Under the pieces are notes generated by a model. The model saw only the letters and a program-made list of their open reading frames with translations, was not told the DNA's origin and ran no database searches. Both the position numbers and the translations under genes were made by a program. Positions 18,265 through 26,613 of a DNA stretch of 37,558 nucleotides are shown here, in pieces (within the stretch, counting starts at the first letter, position 1; each line of letters begins with the position of its first letter). Origin of the DNA: a virus (lineage: Duplodnaviria > Heunggongvirae > Uroviricota > Caudoviricetes); the IMG/VR virus record IMGVR_UViG_2698536484_000025. The stretch is one strand, 5' to 3'.

Positions 18265-18446
18265 CAGTAAAAAATTCCTTGCTCCTAAAAAGGGGAGAGG
18301 GCTAATCTACGTATGCTAAGCATAGATATGGCCTCAGATTAATGTTAAGCGTCTTGCAGGACGCGTAATGTTATCTGGGGCTTTCTTCTATCTGCTTGTC
18401 GGGTAATGCCTGAAGCAGATAGCCTCAAGCACCCGCAGCGATTGTA

Positions 18447-18692
18447 TCAATGTCTGGCTTTTTTTCTATAGAAATCACCTGGAAGGGTGAATATCCACAT
18501 CAGAAGAAATGTTGCAGCAAACATGATCCCTAATGGCCAGACCGCGCCAAAGAAAATCCATACTAAGATCTCCTCTGCTCGTTCTTTGCGGTCGATATCG
18601 ACAAGCATTTTTCGGCTGATCATGTATACACAGAAGCCAATACAAACATATCCTGCAAAAGCGATCGCTAACTGTAAAAAATCAGATTGCAT
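18447..18692 (-). CDS. small two-TM membrane protein downstream of repL
   Basis: Preferred start ATG 18692 with GAGGtcGGAG upstream; 81 aa with two hydrophobic helices (FLQLAIAFAGYVCIGFCVYMI; ILVWIFFGAVWPLGIMFAATFLLMWIF). Confidence 0.5.
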   Translation of the reverse strand: MQSDFLQLAIAFAGYVCIGFCVYMISRKMLVDIDRKERAEEILVWIFFGAVWPLGIMFAATFLLMWIFTLPGDFYRKKARH

Positions 18693-18742
18693 CTCCGACC
18701 TCAAACTGAAAACGCCAGGTGACTCCAGATTAGAGCAATCTA

Positions 18743-19588
18743 TCACCCTCTGAATCCTGCCGGTATACCCCATTTTTCGTTATCTTTATTTTTGGCTAAA
18801 ATCGCATTAAGAGCTTCGTTTACCGTCATGCAATGCGGCAAATTATCGAAGTTTGATCCCCCGCCAATATCAGGAGAACGCTTGTTCTTCAGGTAAGCAT
18901 ATTTCCGCGCTGCCGCCTCTACTTTCTGCTTGAACTCATGTTTTTGAGCGCGTTTTTTGGATAACCGCAGATTGTCAGCCTTTGCTTTTGCCTCAGCGAT
19001 CCATGAAGTCAATTTTTTGAGTCTGCTCGTTCCGGCACCGCCGGAAACTGATCTTTTTGTTTTTTTAACTTGTGACTTCTTATTCTTTATTGCCACGTCA
19101 TCCTGACAGGGGGAGGGGGTATCATTTTGACATGGGGGTGTGGATAAAAAATTAAATAAAGCCAATGTCTTAGCGAGAACAGCTTTAACCTTGGTTGCCG
19201 CTGAAGAGATCTTTAATTTGCTTTCAATCAGCGCATTTTTGGCTTGTTGTGCGAAGGCCAAAAAGGATGGTGTAAACCGGTACAGGTTAGCGCGACGTTC
19301 ACGGTGATCGCCGATAACAATCTCTACAGACAGGATTCCTTTGTTTACAGCTTCACGGAATGCACGAACGACGGTTGATTGGCTATAACCAGTTTCTGCC
19401 GCGATCAGGCGGTGAGGCTTGTGAATGAAGTATTCACTGGTTGTTGCCGCGAGATTTGCACATTGCGACAGGATATGCCCGGCGCTACGGGATAGACCGG
19501 AGTGTGTTACAAAGCAGGCCAATTCATAGCCAGAAAAAGTAAAATCGCTCATCGTTATACAGCTCAGGAAAGTGACTTTAGCCAGCAT
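18743..19588 (-). CDS. repL: lytic replication initiator RepL
   Basis: 281 aa; downstream of kilA in the same operon, under the C1 operator at 20488; size and position match P1 RepL. Confidence 0.85.
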   Translation of the reverse strand: MLAKVTFLSCITMSDFTFSGYELACFVTHSGLSRSAGHILSQCANLAATTSEYFIHKPHRLIAAETGYSQSTVVRAFREAVNKGILSVEIVIGDHRERRANLYRFTPSFLAFAQQAKNALIESKLKISSAATKVKAVLAKTLALFNFLSTPPCQNDTPSPCQDDVAIKNKKSQVKKTKRSVSGGAGTSRLKKLTSWIAEAKAKADNLRLSKKRAQKHEFKQKVEAAARKYAYLKNKRSPDIGGGSNFDNLPHCMTVNEALNAILAKNKDNEKWGIPAGFRG

Positions 19589-19617
19589 TACAATGCTGGT
19601 GGTTCTTACTACGTCTG

Positions 19618-20418
19618 TTAGCGCGTTGCCGCGACAGGTACCAGCACACCAGCATCAAGCAATCGCTTCATCAGCCACTGCTGACCTTTGCCGGTTATAC
19701 GAGTCGTGAAAGAAATCCTGCTTCCATTGCTTGTATCGATCACGGTTTCTTTAAGGGTGAAATACCCACGGGATATGTATTCTTGTTTGGGGACGTTTCT
19801 GCGTTCACCGGTTGCGATCAGAATTCCGTTATCACGCAACCAGGTGAAGAGATAGTTTTGGCCCAGGCCGAGCACTTTGGCATAGTTGCCGATTAGAACC
19901 CCGCTGGCGGTAGCAACGCGTTCGGCGAATTCGACTTTAGGTGCATCCATCAGCATTTTTTGCTCCAGCCGTTGCTTTTGCTCTGCCAGGTCGGCAGCCA
20001 AACGGAGAGCTTCTGGGAGGCTCTTCGGAATAGCAGGTTGTAATCTTCCAGCTCGATAGTCGATAAATGTCTGGTTTACCTTCAGCCGAAACGCGGGAGA
20101 AATCCAGCCTGCGTACTCCACAGCGAGCAATTCATGGGCAAAAGTGCCGCCGCCACGGCCTTCGAACGAAACTATGCAATTCTGCATAGTTTCTTTTTCA
20201 AGCTCTTCGATGAGCTGTTTGGCTGACAGCGTTCTTAGCCATTGAGCTGGCGCTTTATGGGCACCGAGTCCGCTCGCTCTGTGTAGAGCATTAAGGTTGT
20301 AACGGCCAGCGCGGTCGGTCGTAATTTCAACACCACAAATAACGGGCAGAGTGGTTGAAGGATCGACATTTTGATGAAGGTTTGATATATTCATATCCGC
20401 ATTGAATGTTTGTTGCAT
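19618..20418 (-). CDS. kilA: KilA: KilA-N domain plus antirepressor-type C-terminal domain
   Basis: 266 aa; N-terminal KilA-N-like region (GRYNLNALHRASG...APAQWLR); C-terminal about 130 aa paralogous to the Ant C-terminus. Confidence 0.85.
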   Translation of the reverse strand: MQQTFNADMNISNLHQNVDPSTTLPVICGVEITTDRAGRYNLNALHRASGLGAHKAPAQWLRTLSAKQLIEELEKETMQNCIVSFEGRGGGTFAHELLAVEYAGWISPAFRLKVNQTFIDYRAGRLQPAIPKSLPEALRLAADLAEQKQRLEQKMLMDAPKVEFAERVATASGVLIGNYAKVLGLGQNYLFTWLRDNGILIATGERRNVPKQEYISRGYFTLKETVIDTSNGSRISFTTRITGKGQQWLMKRLLDAGVLVPVAATR

Positions 20419-20469
20419 TTTTTCTCCAAATTTGCATCAACCTTCAATCACCAGCTCGAAATGGTGATT

Positions 20470-20510
20470 CTTTGCACTTAGAAAACGAAATTTATTAGAG
20501 CAAATTTTTC
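20470..20510 (-). promoter_or_regulatory. kilA-repL promoter with overlapping C1 operator (Op53-type, 16/17)
   Basis: Plus strand aaatttattagagcaaa at 20488-20504. On the minus strand the operator overlaps a -35-like TTGCTC with a TAAGTG -10-like 17 bp downstream. Confidence 0.7.
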
Positions 20511-20547
20511 TGACCCGATCCAGATCGGGTTGGACGATCTGCTCAGA

Positions 20548-20577
20548 AACCTGCCAGTTTGCTGGCAGGTTTTTTTC
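20548..20577 (+). terminator. strong plus-strand intrinsic terminator (antisense to ant/kilA)
   Basis: aacctgccag-tttg-ctggcaggtt stem followed by TTTTTTTCTTTT on the plus strand; only a weak U tract on the minus strand. Confidence 0.6.
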
Positions 20578-20582
20578 TTTTG

Positions 20583-21620
20583 TTAACCTATTGCTACTGG
20601 TTTTAACAAACCAGCATCAAGTAGCTTGCGAGTTAACCACTGCTGGCCTTTACCCGTTAATTGGGGCGTCAGCCGTATCTGGTAGCCATTTTCATCATCC
20701 AGCACCACTTCTTTCACCGTGAAATACCCGGCGTTAATGTACTGCTGGCGCGGTACGTTTTTGCGCGCACCAAAAGCCATGAGAATGCCGTTCTGGCGCA
20801 ACCATGAGAAAAGGGCGTTTTGCTTAAGTCCAACGATCTTTGCAAAGTTCCCGATCAGGATTCCATTAGCCACTGATACCCGGTCGGCAAAATCGACTTT
20901 AGGGGCTGCGGCCACCAGCTGTTGTTCCAGCTGCATTTTCTGTTCTGCCAACTCGGCAGCCAGGCGTAGAGCTTCTGGTAATGTTTGGGGGATCGATGGG
21001 GCAGGGGAGTTTGCCTGCTGCAATTCTTCCAGTTTGTCGATCAGCGAACGGCGGACAGCTTTTGATTCGCGCGCGGCGACTCGCATGGCTTGTTTGAAAG
21101 TCATGGTTATGACAAGCATTGATGTTTTGTTCATTTTTTCCACTACACTTTTTGTGTAGTGCTCACCATCAAGCTCATCGAGTATTTTTTCTATGAATTT
21201 GTTGTTCCGAACCTCTGGTTCCCCACATAACTTACGCGCTTCATTGACCATCTTTAACAGTGTCAGGCTGTCGATTGTGTCTCCGGTGTTGGGGATGATA
21301 TTCACGGCTGGTGCTGGCGTAGCTGACGTAACAGGTGCTGTTTTTTCAACATTCAAATTATTACCGGTCATTCTATGTGCCTCCTTTCTCATTTCTGCTG
21401 CCACTGTTGCGTAACGTAGACGTCCTTGTTCAATCAAATAATCCCTGATCTCGGCTATCAGTAGCCTGTTGATCACAGCCTTATCTGTTCGGGTATAAAA
21501 ACGTCTGGTTATCATGAAATAGTTAGCAATTGCGCCGGGGATCTCCCGTGTCGGCATACAGGCAGTATGCAAGGCGATCGCTTCGGCTATTTCATTACGG
21601 GTGACGAGAGGTGTTTTCAT
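20583..21620 (-). CDS. ant1: antirepressor Ant (Ant1, with in-frame internal Ant2 start expected)
   Basis: 345 aa; C-terminal domain paralogous to KilA C-terminus; start ATG overlaps icd stop (ATGA). Confidence 0.85.
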   Translation of the reverse strand: MKTPLVTRNEIAEAIALHTACMPTREIPGAIANYFMITRRFYTRTDKAVINRLLIAEIRDYLIEQGRLRYATVAAEMRKEAHRMTGNNLNVEKTAPVTSATPAPAVNIIPNTGDTIDSLTLLKMVNEARKLCGEPEVRNNKFIEKILDELDGEHYTKSVVEKMNKTSMLVITMTFKQAMRVAARESKAVRRSLIDKLEELQQANSPAPSIPQTLPEALRLAAELAEQKMQLEQQLVAAAPKVDFADRVSVANGILIGNFAKIVGLKQNALFSWLRQNGILMAFGARKNVPRQQYINAGYFTVKEVVLDDENGYQIRLTPQLTGKGQQWLTRKLLDAGLLKPVAIG

Positions 21621-21838
21621 AAACCCCCCTGAACGTCGGCAGAGAAGGGGAGGCTCCAGTAACTAAGTGAATTGCGCGAGTTAGTTGAAAAACGGGCAGT
21701 AAAAATGCAGGGGCCATCAGGCAATTGAGAGCGTGCTTCGTCTTCTGTTGCTGCGATAACGAAGTGATAGTGGTGTTTTTGGCAGGAGTAAAAGCGCCAG
21801 ATAAATTCAGGATGAGTAGGGGTAGGGATAGTAGCCAC
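21617..21838 (-). CDS. icd: Icd-like small protein (interference with cell division), translationally coupled to ant
   Basis: 73 aa; GTG start at 21838 with AAGGAGG 9 nt upstream; stop overlaps ant start. Confidence 0.7.
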   Translation of the reverse strand: MATIPTPTHPEFIWRFYSCQKHHYHFVIAATEDEARSQLPDGPCIFTARFSTNSRNSLSYWSLPFSADVQGGL

Positions 21839-21895
21839 AATGGCAGCCTCCTTTTGCTAATTTAAGGAGCTACCGCGTGAGGTTCCAATCTCAAT

Positions 21896-21976
21896 GGCGG
21901 TAGCACTGACTGGGTTGGAACTACCGGCGCAAAAGGGAACCGGCCTGCCTTTCGGCAGCCCAGCCAGCACTACCAT
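21896..21976 (-). ncRNA. c4: c4 antisense RNA (immI regulator); boundaries approximate
   Basis: Minus-strand segment between direct repeats a1b1 (plus 22053-22080) and a2b2 (plus 21850-21890). It carries CCCUUUUGC and GUUCCAACC, complementary to the GCAAAAGG and GAUUGGAAC elements, and folds into stems (CUGCC-GAAA-GGCAG; CCGG...CCGG). Confidence 0.5.
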
Positions 21977-22022
21977 TGATCTCGGAGCTATGTGCTACGT
22001 ATGGTTGTGCGATGGCATGACA

Positions 22023-22046
22023 CAAAAAAAGACGCTTTTGGCGTCT
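22023..22046 (-). terminator. hairpin plus U7 on the minus strand inside the immI leader (attenuator or terminator-like)
   Basis: Minus strand GACGCC-AAAA-GCGTC followed by TTTTTTT; lies between the a1b1 repeat and c4. Confidence 0.4.
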
Positions 22047-22173
22047 ATGTCGCCTTTTGCATTATCCGGGGTTCCAATCCCGGCATCCGTTTTACTAAGA
22101 TGCCTGTTTAGGATAAACCGAAAATGCATTAGCACGCAAGCAAGTTAATGTAGCATATGAAGCTAAAAAAATA

Positions 22174-22190
22174 AAATAATTAGAGCAACT
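22174..22190 (-). promoter_or_regulatory. C1 operator-like site (14/17), candidate immI operator (Op51-type)
   Basis: Plus strand aaaataattagagcaac; core ATTAGAGCAA conserved. Lies between immI and the divergent AT-rich island. Confidence 0.5.
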
Positions 22191-22335
22191 TGCAACCATG
22201 TAAATTATTTCTCTGGTAACTAAAATGTATGAGTTTAATTGATATGGGTCAAAGATTTTGACCATTGCATGGTGAAACTTTATGCTACAAAATGTTATTT
22301 TAAGGCGTTTTATCTGTGGCAGGAGATAGTTAATC

Positions 22336-22686
22336 ATGTCATCTGAACATGTTCGTAAAGGTGTAACAAATGCGAAATTCAATGAAGAGCAATCTAATAT
22401 TCTCTTTATTGAAATAGGAATTCTGTCAATACTGATAGGTTTAATGTCTAAATCATGGTGGGCCTTTGGCGGTTCTTTTCTTGGACTGATTTTTAGTTTA
22501 AGAATAAAATTTCTAGCAATACCATTGATGATTGTATTTAGCTTAGTATGGGGAGCTATTGGCTATAGTATTGGTACTTTGTTTGAATCAACAGCAGCAA
22601 GTATTGTTTTGGGGGTAATTGCTTTCCTGAGTGGTTTGGGTACTCATTTTGCTGCCGTGCAATGGGCAAATGATATTGCAGAATAA
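22336..22686 (+). CDS. small multi-pass membrane protein (AT-rich island gene 1)
   Basis: 116 aa; ATG 22336 with AGGAGA 9 nt upstream; three to four hydrophobic helices (ILFIEIGILSILIGLM; FLGLIFSLRIKFLAIPLMIVFSLVWGAIGYSIG; IVLGVIAFLSGLG). Confidence 0.75.
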   Translation: MSSEHVRKGVTNAKFNEEQSNILFIEIGILSILIGLMSKSWWAFGGSFLGLIFSLRIKFLAIPLMIVFSLVWGAIGYSIGTLFESTAASIVLGVIAFLSGLGTHFAAVQWANDIAE

Positions 22687-22708
22687 TTACAGATAAGAAG
22701 CGAAAAGA

Positions 22709-23185
22709 ATGAATATGAGATGGTTTTTATTATTTGTATCGTTAGTTTCAGCAGGAACATTTGCAAAAATTGATCCTCTACAATGGAATGTAATTGAAGA
22801 GAGAGGGGGGAGAGAATATACAATCCATAATCATAATGGTGATAAGATAAGTTTTTTATGTGATATGGGATTCATGTATGGTTCACCAGATAGTGCAGGT
22901 AGTTTAGGCTTGTTGCTAAGTTCGTCGAATAATAAAAAAGAGTATAATGCTGACAAGAATAAAATAGTATTAACTATAGATGGTGATCAATATCCTTTTA
23001 GCAATCTTGGATCAATGGTTGGAGATTCTTGGTGGTATGCCTTTTGGCAAGATGCAGCAGATTCAAATGCTAATATGATTGATGCTTATGTTGATAATGA
23101 AAAAATTGCTACATTCCCTCTTTCTGGGCTAAGTAAGTTGTATCAACAAGCCAAAATGGATGGATGTATTAAACGAGGCAAATGA
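22709..23185 (+). CDS. secreted or periplasmic protein with signal peptide (AT-rich island gene 2)
   Basis: 158 aa; N-terminus MNMRWFLLFVSLVSAGTFA-KIDP resembles a Sec signal peptide with an AxA-like cleavage site; Trp/Asp-rich C-terminal part. Confidence 0.75.
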   Translation: MNMRWFLLFVSLVSAGTFAKIDPLQWNVIEERGGREYTIHNHNGDKISFLCDMGFMYGSPDSAGSLGLLLSSSNNKKEYNADKNKIVLTIDGDQYPFSNLGSMVGDSWWYAFWQDAADSNANMIDAYVDNEKIATFPLSGLSKLYQQAKMDGCIKRGK

Positions 23186-23259
23186 TCTTTCTGTGTTAAA
23201 GATTAACGCAATCAATAAAACATTGGTTGCGTAATATTCTATTATATAAATGGAATAAT

Positions 23260-24294
23260 ATGACAAAAATTACTAATTCTAATGAGTTGAAGTTGCTGTA
23301 TAAACAGTCAGTGCTCATTCCATCATACAAAGATCACGTAGCGATCTTGCAAAAACAATTAGGAATAGAAAAACATTCTTTTCAAAATATGCCAAGATTG
23401 AATAGACAAGCTGTAATTAGTAACTCTCTTCGAAAACAATTGGCTAGTATACCGAACTTGGCTGGAATAGGCAGCAAGTATCGTGAACATATCGCGATTT
23501 TACAGAAACAGACTCAGGCTCTTTTCCCTCATGATGCAAATAGATATATTCAAATGCTAAGGAAACAGGCCGAAATAGCTATGCCATTACGAAAACAGCT
23601 TGAGGTGCTTAATAAGCAAGCTGGTTTAAATAACATGCAAGCGATACTTAAAGAATTACAACAAAGTGCAAGTTATAAAATAGATGTAAGCCAAGACATA
23701 AAGAAAGTACTAGATCACTATGCTAGAACAAGAAATGCTTCATTACATCAAATAATAGAGCAGGGGATTTCATCTATTGCGCAGGCTTATGCTGAAGGTG
23801 CTACTGAAACATCACACACCAAAAGTAATGTTCAAAATAAAGGATTAAATAAACCTAGCTCAAAGTTTGTTGATTCATTTAAAGAGCTTCCTTATCCACT
23901 GCAATGGTTACTAATGGTTATATTTTCTCAAGTTGTGTTTGGTGCTTTTATTGATTACGGAAAAGAGAAAACCTTGCTGGGAATACACAAGGCAGAATCA
24001 TATTTTATATCTCTGTTTGAGGATAAACCAATATCAAAACAACAATTAATTAAAGAAAACAAAGAAATTAGTTGGGAAGATCTCAATGGTTTTCGTTTTA
24101 TAACTGGTGAGAACGTAAGATTACACGTCAGTCCTTCTATAAATAGTGAGGTGATTGAATGCATTGGCAAAAATACTATAGTGGCTGTTTTAGATAAAAA
24201 AGATCGCCAATGGCTTTTCGTGCAGGTTAAATCAGGGGACGAGTTTATTACTGGATGGATTACACGAACATACACAAAGCCTCTTAAGGCTTGA
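23260..24294 (+). CDS. membrane protein: N-terminal K/Q-rich repeats, one TM helix, C-terminal SH3b-like domain (AT-rich island gene 3)
   Basis: ATG 23260 (track ORF starts at TTG 23227). Repeats HVAILQKQ / EHIAILQKQ / LRKQAEIAMPLRKQLEVLNKQ; TM LPYPLQWLLMVIFSQVVFGAFIDYG; C-terminus FRFITGENVRLHVSPSINSEVIECIGKNTIVAVLDKKDRQWLFVQVKSGDEFITGWITRTY is SH3b-like. Confidence 0.75.
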   Translation: MTKITNSNELKLLYKQSVLIPSYKDHVAILQKQLGIEKHSFQNMPRLNRQAVISNSLRKQLASIPNLAGIGSKYREHIAILQKQTQALFPHDANRYIQMLRKQAEIAMPLRKQLEVLNKQAGLNNMQAILKELQQSASYKIDVSQDIKKVLDHYARTRNASLHQIIEQGISSIAQAYAEGATETSHTKSNVQNKGLNKPSSKFVDSFKELPYPLQWLLMVIFSQVVFGAFIDYGKEKTLLGIHKAESYFISLFEDKPISKQQLIKENKEISWEDLNGFRFITGENVRLHVSPSINSEVIECIGKNTIVAVLDKKDRQWLFVQVKSGDEFITGWITRTYTKPLKA

Positions 24295-24392
24295 ATTTTA
24301 TCACCGTATCTTGGGGCTGGGTGTTGATGACGATGTGCTACTTGAAGTACTTGGGTTTTTTAACGCAGCATCTGAAATGTGTAGACTGACCG

Positions 24393-24416
24393 GTAACAAA
24401 TGACAACTCGTAGAAT
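24393..24416 (+). promoter_or_regulatory. candidate late promoter: GTAACAAATGAC box, 6 nt, then TAGAAT hexamer, overlapping an 11-bp perfect palindrome
   Basis: Same architecture as 12102 and 17566. Palindrome ctcgtagaatc (24406-24416) / gattctacgag (24430-24440) overlaps the -10-like hexamer. Confidence 0.4.
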
Positions 24417-24423
24417 CGGGTAA

Positions 24424-25014
<591 letters not shown>

Positions 25015-25024
25015 GGGGGCTGAT

Positions 25025-25636
25025 ATGGGGCTTAATGTTGCTTCAGTAAAGTCTTATGTATCTTCGGCATTAACGACGACATTATTTGGCTCCGGCGTTG
25101 GTGAGCGGGAAGTTGGTAAGCTGACGTCAATCATCATGAACAAAATGCTGTTCGCGCAAGGATGGCAGTTCTCTGTCGAAGTTGATGGACTGGAGGGGGC
25201 AGATTTCTTTGCCAAAGATATTACCTACCACGATTACAGCATCGAATATGAAACGATTAAAATCGGCGGAGGGAATATCCTTCAGCCAACGGAGCGTTCG
25301 CCTGGGCAGATAACGATGATGGTCAGGGATACCGTTGATGGCCTCGTTTTGGACTGGTTTAAGACGGCAAAAAGTCGGGTGATCAATCCGGACGGTACCG
25401 GGAATATACCGTCTAAATATTTGCTCAATGTGCGTATTTATCGGTTGCTGTCCTCCGGTTTAACCAAACTGGAAAATGAGATGACGGTATTCCCGGTCAC
25501 TACCGGCGATGTCACCTATGCGCGGGATCAGGTTACGGAATTTAAGTCATTCCCAATGACCTTCGCATTGCACAGCACGTTTAACCAATCCTCAAGTTCT
25601 TTAGCTTCCCTTCTGGGCTTTAGTTTTTCGCTTTAA
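25025..25636 (+). CDS. hypothetical protein (probable virion or morphogenesis gene)
   Basis: 203 aa; tightly packed after the previous gene. Confidence 0.7.
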   Translation: MGLNVASVKSYVSSALTTTLFGSGVGEREVGKLTSIIMNKMLFAQGWQFSVEVDGLEGADFFAKDITYHDYSIEYETIKIGGGNILQPTERSPGQITMMVRDTVDGLVLDWFKTAKSRVINPDGTGNIPSKYLLNVRIYRLLSSGLTKLENEMTVFPVTTGDVTYARDQVTEFKSFPMTFALHSTFNQSSSSLASLLGFSFSL

Positions 25637-25650
25637 ATTAAGGAGCAAGG

Positions 25651-26532
25651 ATGCTTTTACCTCTTTTCCCGCTACCATCGCGGCCAACTGAATTGATCCA
25701 GTTCCGTCAGCCAAATATTGCTGATGCGATGCGTTTCAACTCGATAACACCGGAGGAACAAGAACAACAGACAACGGCGTATTTAAAAGCCTTGCTGGCT
25801 GAACCCGCGAAATATGATCCCCTGACATGGACGGCGCAGGACCGGATTACCGCGTTATGGTGGATATTTACTGGCTCCCGTGAAACACCGGTCGAGACAT
25901 TCACCTACACCTGTAAACATTGCGGTAAAGAGCATTATTACGATTGCGATATGAATGCTCTGGCTGAAGATATCCAGGTCCTGGAAGTGGAACCGTTCAT
26001 TGACGATATTGAGGTGTCTGTAGAGGGCGTGCCTTATCAATGGCGTATCGTGCCGCTTGATGGTTGGGCAATGGAAATGCTGGAGATGCGCCGTGCAGCA
26101 TTGCCACCTGAAGACGACGCGGAATTCAAAGAAGCGATCGTTGATTTGCGTTTTTGGGAATTCGCTTATCAGTGTGAACTTTATAACGATGTTAGCGGTA
26201 CTCGTGAAGAGCAGGCTGAGCGTCGTTATGAAACGATCAAACGGATGGCCATTGATACTGAATTTATGAAGCTGGCGGCACACATCCGGCTGGCTCATGA
26301 AAAGCTCGAACATGGTTTACCGTGCTACATCGATAAAGGCGAAATGCGTCTTCGTCTCCCGCCGCATAAATGCCCAAATCAGGATAAAAAGGAGTCCACA
26401 GAGGGTGCATATACCCGTCTGTGGGTGCCCTTTCGGGCTACCGACTTCATTCCACAGGTGGGGATTGAAAAGCTATCAGACCTTAGTGTCCAACCTGGTT
26501 TTGTATGGGGGTATACCGATTCAGGACGCTGA
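25651..26532 (+). CDS. hypothetical protein with Cys-x2-Cys motif
   Basis: 293 aa; CKHCGKEHYYDCD and later HKCPNQ suggest a possible zinc ribbon; otherwise unassigned. Confidence 0.7.
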   Translation: MLLPLFPLPSRPTELIQFRQPNIADAMRFNSITPEEQEQQTTAYLKALLAEPAKYDPLTWTAQDRITALWWIFTGSRETPVETFTYTCKHCGKEHYYDCDMNALAEDIQVLEVEPFIDDIEVSVEGVPYQWRIVPLDGWAMEMLEMRRAALPPEDDAEFKEAIVDLRFWEFAYQCELYNDVSGTREEQAERRYETIKRMAIDTEFMKLAAHIRLAHEKLEHGLPCYIDKGEMRLRLPPHKCPNQDKKESTEGAYTRLWVPFRATDFIPQVGIEKLSDLSVQPGFVWGYTDSGR

Positions 26533-26613
26533 AAGGCTTACTGAATCCTATGCGTTTTTCCTGTTGGAGAAACTGGAAGAAAAACTTAAACCGAAACGGT
26601 AGGCGATAAGATC

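Noticed and set aside
21595-21840. 81-aa alternative-frame ORF overlapping icd
   Set aside because: The 73-aa frame has the AAGGAGG SD and the ATGA overlap with ant; the 81-aa frame has neither.
22095-22382. 95-aa minus-strand ORF at the left edge of the AT-rich island
   Set aside because: AT-rich sequence gives spurious open frames; overlaps the SD and start of island gene 1 and the operator region.
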